The translations under genes and the position numbers were made by a program. From assembly GCF_009914755.1 (NCBI RefSeq), contig NC_060929.1: 64,000 bases of DNA. One strand, written 5' to 3'. This document shows positions 24,773 to 46,140 of this stretch, piece after piece (position 1 is the first letter of the stretch; every line of letters starts with the position of its first letter). Source of the DNA: the human T2T-CHM13v2.0 reference genome, Homo sapiens. The notes beneath the pieces were generated by a model. The model searched no databases and was not told the DNA's origin. It saw only the letters and a program-made list of their open reading frames with translations.

Positions 24773-25060
24773 AATGGGGATGTCATAAGAATCAGACTGA
24801 AAACAGTAAAATTTGAAAACAGTAAAATATTGCACATACTTTACACCTGATTGTTATTCCAAAGACCCCTGCATGAGAAACCCTAGGACATTTCTAGGGA
24901 GCAGAGAGGCCAAGCTGTCACATCTGAGAGGCAGTCTACAGCGACTGGGTCCAGTTGTTTACAGAGAAATCCATATGTCAGGAATAAAGTGAGGACAGAG
25001 TAAAATTTGAAGAGAAGACCACACATGGGTCTGCTCAGCTACATTTAAAAAATAACAATA

Positions 25061-25652
25061 CAGCAGGTCTCCAAATAACATTGCTTCGATCAACATTATT
25101 TCCTTATAACACCGACGAGAAAAAAATAATTGTTTCCCAGCCAGGGCCACTGCTTGTGTGGAGTCTGCTTATTCTCCCCATGTCTGTGTGGGTTTTCTCC
25201 AAGTCCTCAGTCACCTTCCACATCCCGAAGACGTGCCTGTTAGGTTCACTGTTGCGTGTAAGGGGTCCAGTCTGCATGAGTGTCAGGGTGTGTGAGTGTA
25301 CCTTGAAATGGGATGGCATCCTGTCCAAGGCTGGTTCCTGCCTGGTGCCCTGAGCTGCCGGGATGGGCTCTGGCCACCCAAGACCCTGAACTAATAGGGT
25401 AGTAATTATCTCACTTGTTTTTGTTAATCCTTCTTAAAGGAATGTATAGCTCACATTTATCTCAGTTTTTAATATTAGAAGTGTTTTGGTCTTTATTTAG
25501 AAGTTTGGTCATGTTTCTGTAACAAGAAATATTCTGTAGGAACTTAACTCTTGTTTATACCAATGAGCCATAGTAAAATTGGTTTTGTATACATTTCACT
25601 TAAAGTCACAGTTTCCAAGAACTTATGACCGATGTCAAGTGAGGACTTACTG
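25061..25652 (+). mobile_element. MER6A (TcMar-Tigger non-autonomous element with V-SINE-like core)
   Basis: TA|CAGCAGGTCTCCAAATAAC start, GAGGACTTACTG|TA end, internal GTGTGGAGT..TCTCCCCATGTCTGTGTGGGTTTTCTCC; ~590 bp. Confidence 0.85.
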
Positions 25653-27309
25653 TATATGCATATGTTTCAAATTTGAAAAGGCACACAAAGACATATAGTG
25701 AAAAGTAAGTCTCCCTCCTTCCCAATTCTCTAGTTACCCAGGGCCTCTCACTAGAGACAAACTGCACTGCTTTCAGTTTCTCATGTAGTCTGCCCGAGAT
25801 ATCCCAGGCAGCTAATTTCTACTGGAGATGGGGATATCATTTGTGGCAACACTCTCAGACCTAGAAGGTGATGCCAGGCAAGTAAGCACTGCTGGGGCAC
25901 TTAGGGACTATGAAAAAAATGAGACAGCCAGAGGATAAGATATCACCTTGCAAAAGGTTCCATGGAGATGCAGACTTCCTTCTGGCTATTATACTGTTTT
26001 GCCCCTTGGCTGACCACATTTAAGCAGTGATTCTGTACAATGTATTTCCCTTTTAGTTGTATTTGTTCACCCAGAGCTCTTTCTCAGAGATGTCATTAAC
26101 AGAAGTGGCCTCTGGGACCTTATGCTGCACCAGCCTGACCACCAGGCCCTTCAAAGTAGCCAGAAGCAGGAACAACTATCAAACCTGCCTCAGTGGAAGC
26201 TGAGCAAAAGGGCAAAAAGTGCAAAAGTTCTTGAGTCACCACCTTTCTAGGGACAAAAGTTGCTTTTCATAGCCCAGTGAAATCAGAATATAAGGGAGGA
26301 TAAAGCCCAGACCATAGATGTTCTACAGGGCCGAACCCAAGAGATTAAGTCACTACCCACAGAAAATCATAGGACACTTTTATCTAAAGATAGGCTTTCA
26401 CCAAACGCCCTCAAAAGTTTTCAAGCTATGTCCTCCCCTCCCCCACCTTTATTATTTTACAAGGAATTTAAATGTGTGAAACTCCAGCCTCTACCTAAAG
26501 GATACAGATGGGTAGCCTATAGGTCAAATCTAGACCACAAATATGCTTTGGTAGTCCCTAGAGATTATGAATATCTGGCCTCCCATATGACATGAGGAGG
26601 CCATACTCACCCATGACGATAGGCTGAGTAGCAGCCACCCCTCATGAAGCACATAAGCACTCCGGTTTGACACAGGCCTACCATTCTCTGTTGCCTCTCT
26701 GTTCCCAACTTGGCCCTAAAAACATCTGAGTTGGAGACTCCTAGCCAGTGAGTAACACAGGAGGCTAAACTGGCAAGTACATCAGCTGACCAAATAGCAG
26801 GACTCTTGAATTCATAAACATTTATTGAACACTCTCTATGTGCCAGGACTGTGCTGGGGATTGGATGCATGAAGAGGAATGACAGATGCAGTGTCTGCCC
26901 TCTAGGAAGTTCTAATCCAATTGAGTGTATAAGGCTTACTCTAAGGAATCCAATGCTTCAAAAACAAAGGGCTCTGGGAATGGAGCATGTGAACTCACTG
27001 TGGCTGGGAATCAAGAAATGCTTCAGGGAAGTAGGATTTCAACAGGATTGTTATCATTTCTTAAGTTTTCATGTAAACATCCATTCAACAACCATTTATG
27101 GTATCCATATTACACTCAGCATTATGCTAAGAGACACATTAAATCACAACCCATATCCTTGAGAAGCTCATATAAAAAGAGACAAACATCATACCATAAT
27201 AAAAGTGTGCTGAATTCTATAATAAAGGTGTTGCAATGGGGATACAGATGAGGACACATCAGGTAAGGCTCACTGAAGGCGGCAGCTCTGCAGCATAAAG
27301 TAGGGAACC

Positions 27310-27606
<297 letters not shown>

Positions 27607-27842
27607 GTAGGAAACTAAGGAGAGAGTACTCTGGGCAAAAGAACTGGCAGAGACACCAACATGAAGCATACTCAGAGGACCACGTGGATCAGTTCATCAG
27701 GAGCAAGGGGTACACGTGGGTGATGGTACGGACATATTAATTAAAATGGTAGGATGGGTATACACTGCAATAGGCTTGGAACACCAACAACCTGATACAT
27801 TTGGAATTTATTCAGGAGCTAGTGGGTGCCATTGAAGGCTTC

Positions 27843-28222
27843 TGATATGGTTTGAATTTGTGTCCCCACCCAAATCTCATATCAAATTGTAATCCCTAAT
27901 ATTGGAGGAGGGGCCTAGTGGGAGGTGACTAAGTCATAGGGGCGGATTTCCCCCTTGCTGTTTTCACAAAAGTGAGTTCTCACAGGATCTGGCCATTTAA
28001 AAATGTGCAGCATGTCCCCCTTGCTCTCTTTCTCCTGCTCCAGACATGTAAGACGTGCCAGCTTCCCCTTCGCCTTCCGCCATGATGGTAAGTTTCCTGA
28101 GGCCTTCCCAGAAGCAGAAGTCTGTACAGCCTGCAGAACCATGAGCTAATTAAACCTCTTTTCTTTATAAATTACCCATTCTCAGGTATTTGTTTATAAC
28201 TGTATGAGAACAGACTAATACA
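27843..28222 (+). mobile_element. MSTA-type MaLR solo LTR
   Basis: TGATATGGTTTG..CAGACTAATACA with perfect 5-bp GCTTC duplication. Confidence 0.92.
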
Positions 28223-29233
28223 GCTTCCAAGCATAAGTATTCTCTGATAAGCACAATATATAGGAAGACCCAAAGTGGCAGTGGTATATAGTGTCCTGGA
28301 GGAAGCAAAAGCAAGAAATAAGAGGGCGCTTCTGTAATAATTCTGGAGCACAGTCACAGGAAACAGGGGAAGCAACAAAACTAGGTAAAAAAGATACTGC
28401 AGAGGCTCGCTAAAAAGAAAAAGACAATGGCATTTTCTTGAATGTACTAATTCCTATTGTTTACCAATTCAGATTGGCCTTCCCTCCAAATAGTGAGTTT
28501 TTTTTACCTTATTTGTTTCATACAGAGAAGTGAGGCATGGTCTATAGTCATAGTGCTTGGATTTTTTTAAAAACTCAACTTGAGATCAAAATAATGGGAT
28601 TGGCTCCAGGGGCTTTTTCCTCACTCCCTTGCTACATGGAACCAGTTGTACATCTCAAAGAGAGAGACAGTCAACTTGAGCACAAAATCTGGGTCAGTGT
28701 ATGTGACTGTGCCTCCGTGACTTTGCACAAGGACCAGAAATGAGCATACAAATCAGAGGAAAGCAGTGACAAAAGTCAACATTCCCTTGATGAGCTAATT
28801 GCTTCATGTCTGGCTGAAGAGCAGAAAGCAAGAGATAAGGAGAACATACTATCTGAGGGACCAGGCAGGCTCTGGACTAGCCAGCCCTACCCCAATAAAA
28901 TCCCCTCATCAGACACTGCCCCCGAAACAAGGCCTGCTGGCTTGAGCACCTGACAAGAGAGAACCTGAGAAAGATAAGCACTAAGCTGAGTAAGGAAGGA
29001 GATGGCAGAGAAGCAGCAAAGTTCCTTGCTACTCACAACTTTTAGTTATTCAGCATGAAATACCTATAACTATTGGTATAAATAATATGTAATACAAACC
29101 AACTAAGACAACAATGAGGTGATGGTTAAGATAAAACTTGCTTGGTCAGCATAACCTATCCTGAAACTACGACGTGGCTCAGAAACTGGAAACTATTGTT
29201 GTCAATAATGATGACAACACAGAGCATTTACAT

Positions 29234-30037
29234 CAGGGGTCCCAAACCCCCGATACTGGTCTGTAGCCTATCAGAAACCCATCCAAGGAGGTGAGCAGCA
29301 AGTGAGTGAGCAAAGCTTCATCTGTATTTACAGCTGCTCCCCAACGCTTGCATTAACGCCTGAGCACCGCCTCCTGTCAGATCAGTGGCAGCATTAGATT
29401 CTCATAGGAGCACAAACTCTATTGTGAACTGTGCATGCAAGGGATCTAGGTTGAACACTCCTTATGAGAATCTAATGCCTGATGATCTGTCACTGTCTCC
29501 CATCACCCCCAGATGGGACCGTCTAGTTGCAGGAAAACAAGCTCAGGGCTCCCACTAAGTCTACATTATGGTGAGTTGTATATTTCATTACATACTATAA
29601 TGTAATAATAATAGAAATAGGTTGGGCATGATGCCCATAATCCCAGCATTTTGGGAGGTCCAGGCGGGTGGATCACCTGAGGTCAGGAGTTCAAGACCAG
29701 CCTGGTCAACATGGTGAAACCTCATCTCTACTAAAAATACAAAAATTAGCGGGTGTGGTGGTACACATCTGTAATCTCAGCTACTCAGGAAGCTGAGGCA
29801 GGAGAATTGCTTGAACCTGGGAAGCAGAGGTTGCAGTGAGCCAAGACTGTGCCACTGAACTCCAGCCTGGGTGATGGAGTGAGACTCTGTCTCAAAAATA
29901 ATAATAACAGAAATAAAGTACACAATAAATATAATGTGCTTGAATCATCCCCAAACCATCCCCCACATCCCCCAGTCCATGGAAAAATAGTCTTCCATGA
30001 AACTAGTCCCTAGTGCCAAAAAGGTTGGGGACTGCTG
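29234..30037 (+). mobile_element. MER1A hAT-Charlie element interrupted by AluS (~29620-29905)
   Basis: CAGGGGTCCC..GGTTGGGGACTGCTG termini; 8-bp duplication ATTTACAT/TTTTACAT. Confidence 0.88.
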
Positions 30038-31022
30038 TTTTACATTGTGCCAGAGGAAGCACCATATCTATTCTCTGAATTCTTAAGATAGCTATAAAAA
30101 TACATATTACTATTCCCATTCAACAGATCATAAAACTAAGGCTTAGAGAAAATAAGTAACTTACAATCTGACAACTAGTAAGTAGATATCAGAACGTAAA
30201 TACAAGTGAGTCTGACTCCAAAGTGTGTTTAAACCACTCTGAAATACACTCATTCCTTCTCTCTTTCTCTTAGAGATGTCTTGAAGGTTTGCTTGGATCA
30301 CCAGATAAGGTCCACTGTTACATCTGGCCTCATTCTTTACAGAAACACACAAGTCTGGCCTGAGCACTATTTGTTTCTAACACGGAGGAAGGCTTCAAAT
30401 TCATTTCCTCTGAGGTAAGAGCAAGAGAAACACATTTCGACATGAGTAGGAGGAAAAACAGCACGACAGCAAAAATCTTCAACCATGAGGGTATAAGATC
30501 ATGTACAAGGCAGTAAGTGGAGACAGGGCCTCCTCCTTCCCAGGAGACTTTTAACTGCAAAAGCATCCTGCATCTTTACAATGCTTTAAACAATTCTAAC
30601 AACTTCTATGGCCACCCTTTGTAAGACCCCTAGCCTGTGTCCCAGCTCTAACACTAGAGTCCCACTATTATGTGGGTGGCCTAAAAAAGATCCTACCATT
30701 ACGTGGCCCACTTCACTTCTCTGGGGCTCAGTTTTTGTCGTCAGAAAAATAAAAACCTATCAAATGCAAAATGGAGGCATTGGGCAGTAACAGAACTAGA
30801 AGTGTATCTCCTGACTCTTCACTCATCCACAGTACCACAAACAGCCAGCCCTGATGTTTGCAAGGAAATAAAGATCTCTATAATATCTTCCAGCCCAAAA
30901 CACAATCATTTTAGACTTTAGCAGCTGGGTCCAAGGATGGAGACTTAACTTCAAGAATACAGTCAAACCCAACTCCCCATGAGTATGAGATGGGGTGTGG
31001 GGAAAAACAAGAAGCAACCTTA

Positions 31023-33648
<2,626 letters not shown>

Positions 33649-33800
33649 CATTCCACTGGGGAGTAGACAATTAAGGGAAAAAAAGTCTCAAAATATGATA
33701 ATGAACAAAAGGTTGAAAAATAATTAGATGAACCCAAAGGGTTGAGTCTTAGATGAACCCTAAGGGCACAGTGTTCATTAACTTGTATAATGGTCATGGG

Positions 33801-33910
33801 TAGGGTAACTAACTTGTCCTGGTTTGCCCCGGACTTTCCTGCTTTTGGCACTAAAAGTCCCACATACGGATATCCCTCTGTCCTGGGAAAACTGGCATGG
33901 TGGTCCACTC
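33801..33910. mobile_element. MER96-like hAT MITE
   Basis: TAGGGTAACTAACTTGTCCTGGTTTGCCCCGGACT..CCTGGGAAAACTGG. Confidence 0.65.
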
Positions 33911-34923
33911 TTCTCAAGAGAGAGATCAATGAAGGCATTCCCATTTCACAAATGAGGTGACACCAAGAAACACAGTGGTTGTCACGGATTCACAGCACTT
34001 TAGCAGCATTCCTGAGGCAAGGCTGGCTCTTTCCATTTGTCTAGTCCTATGCTCACAACTCTCTGCCCCTGATTTCCACTTTGGCAGAGAATGTTACTCA
34101 TGAATTGATTATGCCACTTCCTTCTCAATACCAAAGCCAAGGGCAGTATTAGGAGGATGAAGGCAAACATGGCCAGCCAGCATAATCACAGCCATGTCTT
34201 ACAGCTGCCTGGTGGAACCTGAAGGAACTACAAGTCTGGGCTGAATATAGTTTTGTTGCTACTGGATTCTGGGTACAAATTTGCAAAAGTAAGAATGCCA
34301 GGTGTAAACTCCTCACAAGCTAGGAAAATTCCTAGCTTGAGGTTCTCCACATGTGTCTGAGCAGCCCGAATCTTTTACAAGGTTTTTGTCCCAAAGATGA
34401 ACTCAGTTATTGCTTATGCTAGGAATCAGGGGTTACCCAAGGCCTCACTCTGAATGGCAACAGGCTATTCTCCTACTCCCCTACTCAGCAGTGAAATCCT
34501 TGGTGAAAGTAAAGGAAGAAAAGAAAAGGGCATGCTATTCCGTCTTTAGTCTACGTATAATTAAAATACAAGACTCTCTGCTGTAGAAGACTAAGGTTTG
34601 CAGTTTAAGGCCGACTCAGAAAAGGATAAAGTATTCATCCTTGCTCAGAAAGAGAGAAGATTAGCTCCACAGGATGGGTCTCCAAATTGACACCAAATCC
34701 AGGAGTTAGAGATGGCTGTGCTACAGAGCGTGATCCAAGCACCATCTGGAGCCCCCAGAAAAAAATCCCTAGGAATAGCGACTAAGGGACTAGCATTGTA
34801 AGAGAGTTCAGATTAGCTCTCCTGAAAAGAGGCTTACTACAAGAGACTGGCAGACAGCCTCTGCAGCAAAACTTCACTTAGGAAAGGACAGAAAATGAAT
34901 GAAGAAAGACAGGGGGAGGCTGA

Positions 34924-37366
<2,443 letters not shown>

Positions 37367-38149
37367 CTGTTTATAAACACATCACTTTCTTCTCTTAGCA
37401 AATATGTAAGTTTCATTCTCCTCCTGTCTACTTAGTTTGGGTTAACTTAACCCCCGCCCCATCTCTCAGATCATGTTTTTATTTAGGTTTATTGAGGTGG
37501 GAAAGCCAACTGAACTTTAAACGAAGCCAGGCATTTAAGAATATTAGAAAACTGATCTTACATATATAGGTAGTCAAATATTTTTAAAAGACATCAAATG
37601 GCATTCTAATTCCTCCGGTGCAAAGAAAGCCCCAGCCTCACACGTGTTAGCATTTCCTGATTCCTGGCTTTTCCCACTCAGAGCCCCATTCCAGGGGCTC
37701 ATATGTCAAGTCATTCTCTCCTGACTTCTGAAGCAGGGATTTTCAAAGCCAGGATTCCGGGACCACCTGAATGAGAACCCCCTGGGGTACAGCTGCCCAC
37801 GCACCATCTTATCGGAAATCCCAGGGAATGGAGCCCAAGGCTTATGCACAAAGCCCCTAGACGATCCGAGAGATAACACTAACCAGTCTGTAACCTCTAA
37901 AGGCAAATTTTCCAGGACAAAGAAAAACAAGCAATAAGAGAGTGACAATAATTCCACATGGGAAGAGACACACGGGTCTCGGAGATCAACACCAAACCAC
38001 CCCTTCTTCGGACAGATACGGAAACTTAGGCTGGGAGAATGAAACAGGCAAGGGCACTAAAAACAGGTGCGGAGCCAAAGCCAATCTCAAATTTCCACGG
38101 CCCCATCTCCTGCCAATAAAGAGGTGAATGGAGACATTCTGAGTGGGAA

Positions 38150-38650
38150 AGATAAGAAAGGTAGGCCTTCGGCAGGGAGCCCCGGGCCCACTTGGACGTC
38201 CCGCTTTGGAGACACTAGTGAGGATGTGTGGGTCCCCAGAACACTGCTGGGAAGGCGCCGAGGCCGCCGGCAGGAGGAGGCCCAGGAAGCGCCCTGAGCC
38301 CCCCGCCCAGCTCCAGGGCCGGGCGGCCCTCACCGCCCCTACCTTCGGCCTCCGGCAGCCGAGTGGCAGACACAACTCCCACAATTCCAGGCGGCCGCGG
38401 CGGCGACCAGCTCCCCCTGCGCAAACGCGGCGGCGACCGTCTGAGCCGGTGAGCTGGCAGCTGTCACGCCGCTCGCGGCCTCGCCCAATCGCGGGCCGCC
38501 AGACCAGCGCGCGGCGCCCCCCGCCCCGCACCGAGGTGGGAGCCCCGCCCCTAGCCCCGCCCTCTGCAGACTCTTGCACGAGCTGCCCCCGTGCCCCTCC
38601 CCTTGGGGGGAGGGAGGGCTGAAGAGATAGCTTCACGCCTGCTTTTGCTT
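38150..38650. promoter_or_regulatory. SIL1: CpG island / TATA-less promoter
   Basis: The only CpG-dense non-repeat segment in the window; GC boxes at ~38517-38562, CCAAT at 38485, ZNF143-like ACAACTCCCACAAT at ~38372. Confidence 0.92.
38343..38460 (-). other. SIL1: Non-coding exon 1 (5'UTR); transcription start approximate
   Basis: Minus strand ..GGAATTGTGGGAGTTGTGTCTGCCACTCGGCTGCCGGAGGCCGAAG|GTAGGG donor; matches my recollection of the SIL1 mRNA leader (..GGCCGAAG|GTCC..ACTATGGCTCCCCAG); coding exons lie outside the window. Confidence 0.8.
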
Positions 38651-38913
38651 CCAGGCTGGAACTGCGAAGTTTCCTGTCTGATTTTCCAACAATGTAATTT
38701 CTTTCTAGCGGAAGGACCCTCAGAAAGCAATCAGAGGGGTGCGGAGTAAAAATAAATCAAGTTCTTGTGACTCAGTTTGGGACAGAAGCCGAGAGTCTCC
38801 AGCAATAAAATTTCTCGCAAATTCATGCAAAATAGGACACCTTTAAGCCACTCACTTTATATACTTGTGTAGATTTTTTACAAGGACCAGTTATTTTAAA
38901 AATAGCATCAGGT

Positions 38914-39452
<539 letters not shown>

Positions 39453-40455
39453 AACGCAGTTGTAATTCTGCTGTACCAGTGAATATCATGCTTTCTGTAC
39501 CAGGTGCTGCATATATATTTTATTTACTTATAACGTCCTCTGAGCAGAATGGTCATCCCCTTTTTATAAATGGAGAAGCTGACGCTCAAAGAGGCTAAAG
39601 GAGTTATACAAAGTCATACAGTCAGGAAGTGGTAGAACTGGGAGTTAAAGCTAGATTTAAGTGTCTCCAATGTCCTGTTCTCTTTCCACTATTCCACTTT
39701 TAGACCTTCCCCTTGCCTAGACATGCTTAACCTGATGAATAAAAATGACTGCCCCCTCCTGCCCTCAGATCCCCCACATAGTGATTCCTGGTCATTCATG
39801 AGTGGAGAAAACAGTAATCCAGACAGTTACCTCCCCAAATGGCAAGTATTTCCCAATAGCAAACAACCTATTTCTGGACTTCCCTTCCCTTTTCCATGTA
39901 CTCTATGAGCTTCTAGCAGACAATTTACCTTCTTGATTATGTTTACTTCAAGCAGATGGGAAACTGACTTCATAGCCACTGAGCAAACCTTGGTTACTAG
40001 TATGGGAAGGGAGAACAAGCCCCTGGGCAGTAGTTCAGTGAATAGTGCCAGTTTATGAGAAAGGTCTAGATAAAACACCTAGGGCCTGATTTGGAAAGAG
40101 AACAGCTCACTTTTCCCCTGGAACACCCAGGAGACCAGTGAGAAGAACTGGGCCTAAGAATAATTCTAGCTTATGTCACTGCCTAGTACCATAAGTACAG
40201 ATAATAAATATTCAACAAATATTTCATGAGTGATAAATTAGAGAATGAACATATAAATTATAATAAGACTGGCACGAGTTATAAAAAAGATGTTAATAAA
40301 GTGCTACAAGAGTAAGAGCCTTAAAAATAGAATAAGCTCAAATCTTATAATAGCATGAATAAATGAATGCTTGGGCCAAGAGAAGAGTCCAGCTGAACAC
40401 AGCTGCCAGCGCTCAAAGCGGGGCCTTTCTCCTTGGGACGGATCTAACCAGCTCA

Positions 40456-41166
<711 letters not shown>

Positions 41167-41424
41167 TACCCTGACAGAACTACCTTCTCAGAGGAACTTG
41201 CTCTGAACTTGCTCTGAAATCAAGCCTCTTGAGTTGCTGAAGCCAGTGTGCAAGGTTGAACCTAAGCAGACAGCCTCTACTTACACGGCCTTAAGCAAGG
41301 AGGCCCACTGTAAAGGTGAGAAGTTTGGGTGCAAGTCCAGTGATCACAGTGGGTGCTGGAATTTTGGTAGTCTCCTCTCTTTGTTTCCTTATATAAGTCT
41401 TGGAATTGAGCAAAAGTAAGTTTA

Positions 41425-43307
<1,883 letters not shown>

Positions 43308-44110
43308 GCTCTATTGTCTAACAGTGCTTGAGAGGTCCTGAGAGGCAGTGCTACGGCAGGGGTGTGAAGCCAGAGCACTCAGCATTCCCAGAAAAGCTAA
43401 GTCAAGGGGCCAACATGGAAGAAGCAGGAAGCTAAGGGGCACTCCAGGGGAAATCAGGAGAACTGCTCCCGAACCAGATTCCTCCACTTCCTGGGCTGCA
43501 CTCAGATGGAGTGGGCTGCTGTGGCCAAGGCAGGGCAGAGACCAGATGATCTCTACTGTGGGACCCAAGCAGCACCTGAGCAGCTTCTTCCTGGCATTCA
43601 AGAATTCTAGATCTCTCCACCCCAAGAGGCTTCAAGGACTCCAGTAACTGTGCTTTTCTCTGTCTCTGGCTTATTTCTGAAGGCCTCAGAAGCAGAAAAG
43701 GGGGAGAAAAAAAAGCATTTCCAGCCCCTCTGAAAGGGATGTGAGGGTTCTGGATGGCAGCCTCCCACCTGCTTGGAAGTCTTTGGCAGCTCCAAGGGGC
43801 TTAGGCCAGAAGAAGGTCAGTAAATTTAAGCTGCATTTGCTCTCAGCTAAACAAGCCTTTCTGGTTCAAAGGAAAAACACTCAAAAGAAGGGACCCAGAA
43901 GACAGACAAGATTTCAAAGTGTTCTCACCAAACAGCTTCCCACTGAGGCCAAAGCGAAGCCCCAAGAACCATGACTCTGTCTCCAGAAGCGCCTTCAACC
44001 ACACACCTATTAATGTACACAGACACCTGACACCAATGCAGTGCCTGCAGACACCCACAAAAGCACAGAATCACAGGAATCCATACACAGGGCAGACACA
44101 GACACAGCCC

Positions 44111-44640
44111 TGTCCCAGTTATCTACTGCCACATAACAAAGCATCCCTAACTTGGTAGCTTAAAACAACAATAATTTGTTTAGCAGTTTGGACAAGGCTT
44201 AACAGGGAAGAGTTGACTCTGTTCCATACACTGTCAGCTGGGGTGGCCCAACTACAGGAAGATGCTCACCCTCATGGCTGGCAGTTGATGCTAGCTGCAG
44301 GTTGGAACCTCAGCTGGTACTGTCAGCTAGGACACTGACAAGCGGCCTCTCCAAATAGCTACTTGGCCCCCTCACAGCTTGGTGGCTGGTTTCCAAGAAT
44401 GAGCATCCCAAGAGAACACGGCATAAAAGTATCTGGTATTTTTATGATCTAGCCTCAGAAGTCACATAGCATCACTTCTGCTGTACTCTATTGGTTGAGT
44501 GAGTCACAAAGGTCAGCCCACATTCAAAGAGAAAGAGAACCCACCTCTCATTCAGAGGAGTATTAATATCCTTTTGTAAAGAGAACATGTGGGATGGGCT
44601 GTATCCTGGCAGACACTTCTGGAAAATACAGTGTGCCACA
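44111..44640 (-). mobile_element. MLT1F/G-type MaLR solo LTR
   Basis: TGTCCCAGTTATCTACTGC..GGAAAATACAGTGTGCCACA with perfect AGCCC 5-bp duplication. Confidence 0.82.
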
Positions 44641-44884
44641 AGCCCTGGCATACACACTTGTGAACACAGCTTACACATTCAGACTCACGCACAGCACATA
44701 AATATGTTTATACACGTAGATAAAACATTCTGCATCCACTTACATGAACACTGTCACACAAAGATGTGCACATTGCTACAGGTGTATTAATTATACAACT
44801 AGACATGTATAATCAGATGTGCCAACTTACACATGTAGAATAGCCTTGAAAACCCTAAGAGATCCTAAAGAAATCAGGCTGGAA

Positions 44885-45232
<348 letters not shown>

Positions 45233-45743
45233 TCAGCTGTCCCCTCCCCCTCCTCTGTTTCCCTACCAAGAAGTAATACCTACAAAAGTATGAGTGTGAA
45301 ATGCAGAATTTACCAAAGACATCATAGGGGTGATGGAGGAGGAAGTTAATATCACTCCCCCCAAGCAAACAACTTGAAAGCCCACAGGAACAGTCCCTGC
45401 CCCACAAGTTCCTCTCCCACCCCATATCGCCTCCGTGGATCACTTTTTACCTCCTCTTTCCCTTGCACCGCACCCATTCAGCCAGTTCACATCTCCCTCT
45501 TCGTCACATTCTCCCTCAAGCTTCCAAATTCTTCACCCTTTTCTCATACAGAGCAGTTCAGATTTGCTTTGACCCATAATAAAGGGTTGATGTAAAGACA
45601 GACATCAGATGTAAAGGAGACGACGCTCCCTCTCATGGGCCGCTTGTTCTGTCACTCTTGTCATCTGCATCACACCCAGGTGTCTGATGGGCCAAGAGCA
45701 ATTCACTCTACATTCCAAATTTGGGATGAGCCAGGTTGTCTGG

Positions 45744-46140
45744 TGACATAGTTTGGATATTTGTCCTCACCCAAATCTCATGTTGCAATGTAATCCCTAG
45801 TGTTGGAGATGGGGTCTGGTGACAGTGTTTGGGTCATGGGGGCAGATCTCCCTTGGCTTGGTGCTGTCTTCACCATAATCAGTGAGTTCTCATGAGATCT
45901 GGGTGTTTAAGTGTATAGCTCCTCCCCTGGCCTTGCTCCTGCTTTTGCCATGTGGCATACCTGTTCCTGCCTCACCTTCCTCCATGAGTGAAAGCTGCCT
46001 GAGGCCTCCCCGGAAGCTGAGTAGATGCCAGTGCCATGCTTGTACAGCCTGCAGAACCGTGAGCCAATTAAACCTCTTCTCTTTATAAGTTACCCAATCT
46101 CAGGTATTTCTTTATAGCAATGCAAGAAGGGCCTAATACA
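45744..46140 (+). mobile_element. MSTB-type MaLR solo LTR
   Basis: TGACATAGTTTGGATATTTGTCC..GGCCTAATACA. Confidence 0.88.

Noticed and set aside
29171-29178. GACGTGGC XBP1/UPRE-like motif (also TGACGTG at 3307 and 63431)
   Set aside because: Isolated 7-8-mers at a frequency expected by chance, with no supporting context
37986-38636. 216-aa minus-strand ORF and 159-aa plus-strand ORF over the CpG island
   Set aside because: Low-complexity R/G/A/P frames caused by stop-codon scarcity in GC-rich DNA; they run across the promoter and splice donor
41194-41217. GAACTTGCTCT tandem duplication (similar small ones at ~20225 and ~48729)
   Set aside because: Ordinary replication-slippage duplications
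43990-44840. CA-rich degenerate tracts flanking MLT1
   Set aside because: Decayed low-complexity sequence split by the LTR; no defined structure
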